DNA of 64,000 bases from Marsupella aquatica. Its lineage: Eukaryota > Plantae > Marchantiophyta. The DNA lies in NCBI GenBank assembly GCA_973895155.1, contig OZ316897.1, positions 14,259,375 through 14,323,374 of the forward strand, in the 5' to 3' direction. The position numbers were made by a program, and so were the translations under genes. The number at the start of each line of letters is the position of its first letter. Position 1 is the stretch's first letter. Of the stretch, positions 62,665-64,000 are shown in pieces. The notes below the pieces were generated by a model. The model made no database searches and had not been told where the DNA came from. It saw nothing but the letters and a program-made list of their open reading frames with translations.

Positions 62665-63891
62665 TCAAATTTGAAGAAGGGACATTGAACAAAGACTGGG
62701 ATCAACATCGGCCCCGTTAAACAGGTCAACTGGCACTTTCTCGAGCTGAAACTCCATTGTGTCACCACTGAAGCCCTTGCTATGAAGAAGAAAGACATAC
62801 TCCAATCTGCAAGACCAATGACATAAAACGAAAATCTCGCCTTCCACAGCTTTAACACAAATTGGCATCATGTAGTTGTCATCGATACCATCCTCCGTCA
62901 CAAAAGTGGGCCGAGTATTTGCAGCAAACGCAAATGTATGCAGCTGCCTCCATGAATTTCGTTCAATATCGTAGATATAAACGTCATTAGAGCTCATCGT
63001 ATGCAAACTTCCTTGTGCCACAAACGGGCATCCTTCGAGCCGACCATAATGTTTCTGGTCTCCCCACTCATCCGTGACTGGATGATAAACCAAATATTCT
63101 GGGAACTCGTCCAGCACAGTGTTGTTACGCTTGTCCGGGAGAGTGTACCCATAAAGAAAAAGCTCCTGTCCCAACGCTTCGATCGTATCAACTTCATGCT
63201 CGAAGTCTTCGAACATCTTCACCTTGATCGTGGACCAAGTATTTTCCTTGGGATCATACACCTCTCCTCGATGACAATGGTCGCCGTCTTCGGTCCCAAA
63301 TACGAAAATCTTGCCATTAATGACACCACATCTCATGCGAGGTCTTCCTACGCTCATACTCGCACACTCTTTCCACTGCCTCTGCCCCGCGAGGTCCAAC
63401 ACGTATACGGTATGACTGTGAAGATCGTCAATAGGAAGTTCGTGTCCTCCCAGGACATAGACTTTGCCATCCAATGGAACACATTGGCTGAACATTGGGA
63501 TTCCCCGGGAGTATGCAGACGGGATTGTTGGAAGAATATAACAAGACATGTCTCGAATCGAATAGAGAACGATTTCAGCGAAATAACTATAACAGCCATA
63601 CGAAATCAGAACGAGAGGCTCTCTTGTTTCCGAGCGGACTCTCGCATCGTACACCCGACGACTTCTGATTGCGTGACGCCAGCTACGACTAACTGATGGG
63701 AGGACATGAAAATCTTTCAAGGATAATTTTGTAGCAATTTTGTCCAAGGTAATGTCATCATGAATCCCTGGAAGAAGTTCCTCGAGTCGCAGACATCTGT
63801 CGCTATCTTGCAGCACGTCCAGAGGCGAAATTCCGGCTAATGGTCCTGAGCTACATAATGGCCGCCAAAAGTTGCACCGATTATCCTCCAT
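62665..63891 (-). CDS. F-box/kelch-repeat protein, intronless
   Basis: LLPGIHDDITLDKIATKL..VSRSWR F-box; GKVYVLGG..WKECASM..GKIFVFG..EVYDPKENTW kelch repeats. Confidence 0.9.
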   Translation of the reverse strand: MEDNRCNFWRPLCSSGPLAGISPLDVLQDSDRCLRLEELLPGIHDDITLDKIATKLSLKDFHVLPSVSRSWRHAIRSRRVYDARVRSETREPLVLISYGCYSYFAEIVLYSIRDMSCYILPTIPSAYSRGIPMFSQCVPLDGKVYVLGGHELPIDDLHSHTVYVLDLAGQRQWKECASMSVGRPRMRCGVINGKIFVFGTEDGDHCHRGEVYDPKENTWSTIKVKMFEDFEHEVDTIEALGQELFLYGYTLPDKRNNTVLDEFPEYLVYHPVTDEWGDQKHYGRLEGCPFVAQGSLHTMSSNDVYIYDIERNSWRQLHTFAFAANTRPTFVTEDGIDDNYMMPICVKAVEGEIFVLCHWSCRLEYVFLLHSKGFSGDTMEFQLEKVPVDLFNGADVDPSLCSMSLLQI

Positions 63892-64000
63892 TACAACTGA
63901 CTCTCTGTTCACTTCAACAGTTGAAATACAAACCAGTTAACTGCAAATACGCATGTCTCTCAATCATGGAAGATATCAATAAAATAAATCGGGTTGACAA

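Overview
Eukaryotic land-plant genomic DNA with spliceosomal introns and plant-type mTERF, F-box/kelch and PTS2 thiolase genes. A bryophyte such as a liverwort is my inference, not shown directly. Three zones. (1) ~0.4-13 kb: a decayed large DNA-transposon-like block with a DDD (Sola/DUF7869-like) transposase on + and divergent cargo on - (ParB-like plus N4/N6 DNA-methyltransferase-like, and FCP1/NIF phosphatase-like), studded with 17 copies of a 17-bp palindrome. (2) 13,589-32,712: one Ty3/Gypsy-type insertion (TG..CA ends, 4-bp TSD AGTC) holding two 9,327-bp tandem units. Its single-frame polyprotein reads Gag-protease-C5 DNA methyltransferase-RT-RNaseH-integrase-PHD. It has split direct repeats around a palindromic circle-junction-like site instead of two ordinary LTRs, no evident PBS or PPT, and an antisense 5S-rRNA-derived Pol III promoter upstream of a 7-hairpin array. 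This element is the best candidate for an undescribed system. (3) 33-64 kb: ordinary host genes (Tic32-like SDR, DedA-like membrane protein, mTERF, intronless peroxisomal thiolase, F-box/kelch) with a solo LTR, a foldback element and minisatellites.
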